Positions 37,246 through 40,121 of a stretch of DNA of 40,121 nt are shown here, piece after piece (position 1 is the first letter of the stretch; each line of letters opens with the position of its first letter). Under the pieces are notes generated by a model. It searched no databases. It saw nothing but the letters and a program-made list of their open reading frames with translations, and was not told the DNA's origin. Origin of the DNA: Veleropilina oligotropha. Lineage: Eukaryota. Location of the stretch: positions 124,001 to 164,121 of the forward strand of contig JBEUKZ010000045.1 in NCBI GenBank assembly GCA_048128005.1. Direction: 5' to 3'. Position numbers and translations under genes: made by a program.

Positions 37246-38267
37246 TATAGTAGAGTAGCGGCATATAATTGCTAAATTTATATTGTATGGCACCCATAGC
37301 TCACAGAAAATATGTTGCCAATTATTCTTTGCACTTTTTGCTATGTTTTCCACAACAATGTTCATATTGGTAAATCTACAGTTTGAGACAAAATTAGAAA
37401 TTGAATTTGTCGAGGTAACCTAGCTAGTCGTGTAGTATATCAAATTAAAGCTCTTCATCTGAATAATGCAGAAAACTACAAGAAATTTGGGACCGTTTTG
37501 GAAATGCTACACGTAATTTGAAAACTCTTCATTTCGTCTATATTTTCTAAAATATAGAAGTGGTAGGTGAAAAAAGTGCGAAAAAGTCAATATTTAAAAG
37601 CGTCATTTGTGACCGTTGTAAGCCAAACATGGGTTAAATCCTGCCATTTTATTGGACTTAACTTGGGGATTTATCCTCTTTTATTTTTATGACATATAAA
37701 TATGATTCCATTTCACGGAATTGAACAGAGTTATTTATTGGTACTAAAGATTAAGATTACATTTATGGCAAGTATCGCATGCAAGGCGTGTTTTACAGAC
37801 ACCTGATTTCACTCCCTTTGGATGTTCATGTTGTGTATTTTACATGCTTTTACATGCCCTCTATGTGAGGAATTTGTCTTTCTATGGATGTATATGGGAT
37901 GAATGGTACTTCATTGAAGTTACTAAAATTCCATTATTAAATGGATATGATGGAAACGGTCCCACATGTGACAGTAATTGTCGGAAATGCACTCACAGCA
38001 GGAAAGTGATCCAGATATTTGCTCCAAATATATGAATCGAATTCAATAATATCCAGTTTAGCAATATTAGTGTGGATCATGTAATGGAACATACTAACCG
38101 AACGATAGCATTTAAAAGTGCTCTTTGTGGCATCATTAAAAAACCTGCAGCACAAGTCAGATTTACAACCAAAGTTAATAGAACTCAGGGAAAACCGGTC
38201 CCAGTTAGCAAGGCTTCTAGCCACATCACAAATGCGACCTTAAGTTGATCAGCAGAAAGTAATTGAA

Positions 38268-39188
38268 AACAAGTGTTTGCCACTAAAGTAGCAATAATCC
38301 CCCGCTTATGTTATTAAGCGCATCTATGATGCCAAAATGAATGTATACCGGTAAACTGCCTCCTGTGACAGGAGGAATGTGGTGAAAATGGGGTCTATGA
38401 ACCAAATATAAATGAAATAGGTTAATTCTGTTTTGAGATAACGAGCTAACAACAACTGAATGATCGAAATAATAAACTGCATCCTGTGACCTTTAAAATT
38501 AGGTCAAGGTCACCACAATCGACTGGGGTCGGCGGTATATCCCTCAATGCATATATTCACCAACTATAAATGAAATCCGTTCATACCGTATTGAGATATC
38601 GCGATAAAAACTATGTGACCTTGAATATAAGGTGAATGTCACCGTAAACGACTGCATGGGTCGGCAGTATTCCCCAATGCATCTATCCACCAAATATAAA
38701 TGAAATTGGTTCATTCTGTCTCGAGATATTGCGCTAACAACAATTAAATGAGCGAAATAGTTAAGTGTAACCTGTGACCTTGGAATTGAGGTCAATGTCA
38801 CCACAATCGACTGCTGCCGGCGGAATCCCCAAAGGTATCTATCCACCAAATATAAATGAAATCGGTTCATTCTGTTTGAGATATCGTGCTAACAACACCT
38901 GAATGAGCGAAAGAGTGCACTGTACCCTACGACCTTGAAAACGTGGTCAAGGTCACAATAATCGACTGCTGTCGGCGGTATCCCCGAAGGTATCTATCCA
39001 CCAAATATCAAAGAAATCGGTTCATTCAGTCTTGAGATATCGCGCTAACAATAATTGAAAGAGTGAAATAGTCAAGTGAAATAGTCAAGCTAGTACGGAC
39101 GGACGGACGTACGGAAAGACGTACGGACGGACGGACGGACGGAGGCGAATACTATAGTCCCCTGCTTCGCTCGCGGCGGCGGACTAAA
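38268..39188 (-). mobile_element. Complete HINE/DINE-1-like element with about five ~156-bp internal tandem repeats
   Basis: 5' TTAGTCCGCCG..CAGGGGACTAT inverted repeat, (TCCG)n microsatellite, repeats at ~38401, 38559, 38688, 38846 and 39000, 3' CGGGGGATTAT plus stem-loop TTGCTACTTTAGTGGCAA, T-rich flanks. Confidence 0.82.
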
Positions 39189-39592
39189 TATTAGTTATCC
39201 TAACTCTGGTGATACTGATGGTCCCGATTAACGAGATTGGCTCCCGAGCAAAACGACACATACTACATGTACATCAAAGACCATCATTATTTATGCTACG
39301 GCAGTTGTACAAGAAAGATCAAACGAGCATATTCAAACCTCTGCAAAACTGGTCAATCTTTTCTTCCATGGAATATCAACCAAAGCCAGAGACTATGGTG
39401 ATTTAACGAGAATTAACAGGAATGACTCTAAAGCAAAGCACCAGATAGTACTGCCAAGGAAAGAGTGGCTATTGTTGTACTTATTATGAAGTATCAGATG
39501 AAATTATCTATTTAGAATTTTGTCAGCAACATCACATGCAAAGACATATTTTTATGTCTGTACCTTTTTGTGAAGACATTATCAAATGGTCC

Positions 39593-39629
<37 letters not shown>

Positions 39630-39631
<2 letters not shown>

Positions 39632-40121
39632 ACTGGATCCAGCCATTGGCACCACTTAGGTTATACAGCATCAATTGGTACCATATACCGTGATTACATA
39701 TTTGGAGATATATCATTCAATAAGCTGTATACCCCTATATTATAATGTACATTTCAATGAAAATTGCTTTATATCGCATTTTTAAATTTATTTCTTTTAG
39801 TTTTCTGCGATAAAATAGCTTAATTTCGAAAAATAGCGTATATCAGTGGTACGAATGGCAAATGTAGAAATACCAATTGATGCAGCTTAACCATTGACCT
39901 ACATACCAACTTATATGCTTCGATTTTTTGTCACCCTAGTATCCAACTAAAAATAAACATTTTAACACATCAAGCTTGTTTTGTTACTTATTTGACATTT
40001 ATTTTTCTATACTAAGTCATACAAGAACAACAGTTCGTTTAAATAGTAACTTTGACCGCCTTGAACCATTCGTACCAGGTACGAATGGCAACATGGTACC
40101 AATTGATGCTGTATACCCCTG
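39630..40121. mobile_element. Foldback/MITE-like element next to a (TA)n tract, cut by the window end
   Basis: tatacagcatcaattggtaccat (39662-39684) is inverted at 40093-40115; further internal repeats (ggtacgaatggcaa, taccaattgatgc). Confidence 0.65.

Noticed and set aside
38099..38144. Exon-like segment with AG/GT on the minus strand
   Set aside because: No SLC5-like or otherwise recognisable translation in any frame.

Overview
AT-rich eukaryotic (invertebrate-like) genomic DNA. The minus strand carries nine consecutive internal exons (17728 down to 1124; 906 nt, 302 codons, all GT-AG, phases consistent, no stop) of an SLC5 sodium:solute symporter of the SMCT/SMVT/NIS type. The gene's start and end are not visible in the window. 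The introns, and everything above 17.7 kb, are packed with mobile DNA: a 6.4-kb near-complete Academ(X)-type DNA transposon (transposase + XPG/FEN1-like nuclease + Cys8 finger, ~600-bp TIRs), a complete 1.95-kb MULE/FLYWCH transposon, a non-autonomous IS3EU-like foldback element, CR1/L2 LINE fragments, several tRNA-derived SINEs, Helitron/Helentron-type non-autonomous elements, and several tandem arrays. Most ORFs in the supplied track are artefacts. The most unusual observations are a 45-bp satellite apparently built from a Helentron-like element end, a (TA)n tract containing an inverted copy of its own flank, a relic second copy of an SLC5 exon start, and an inverted intronic repeat pair bracketing an in-frame 819-nt exon block. 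I did not find a clearly new multi-gene system. Family assignments come from recalled motifs, not database searches.
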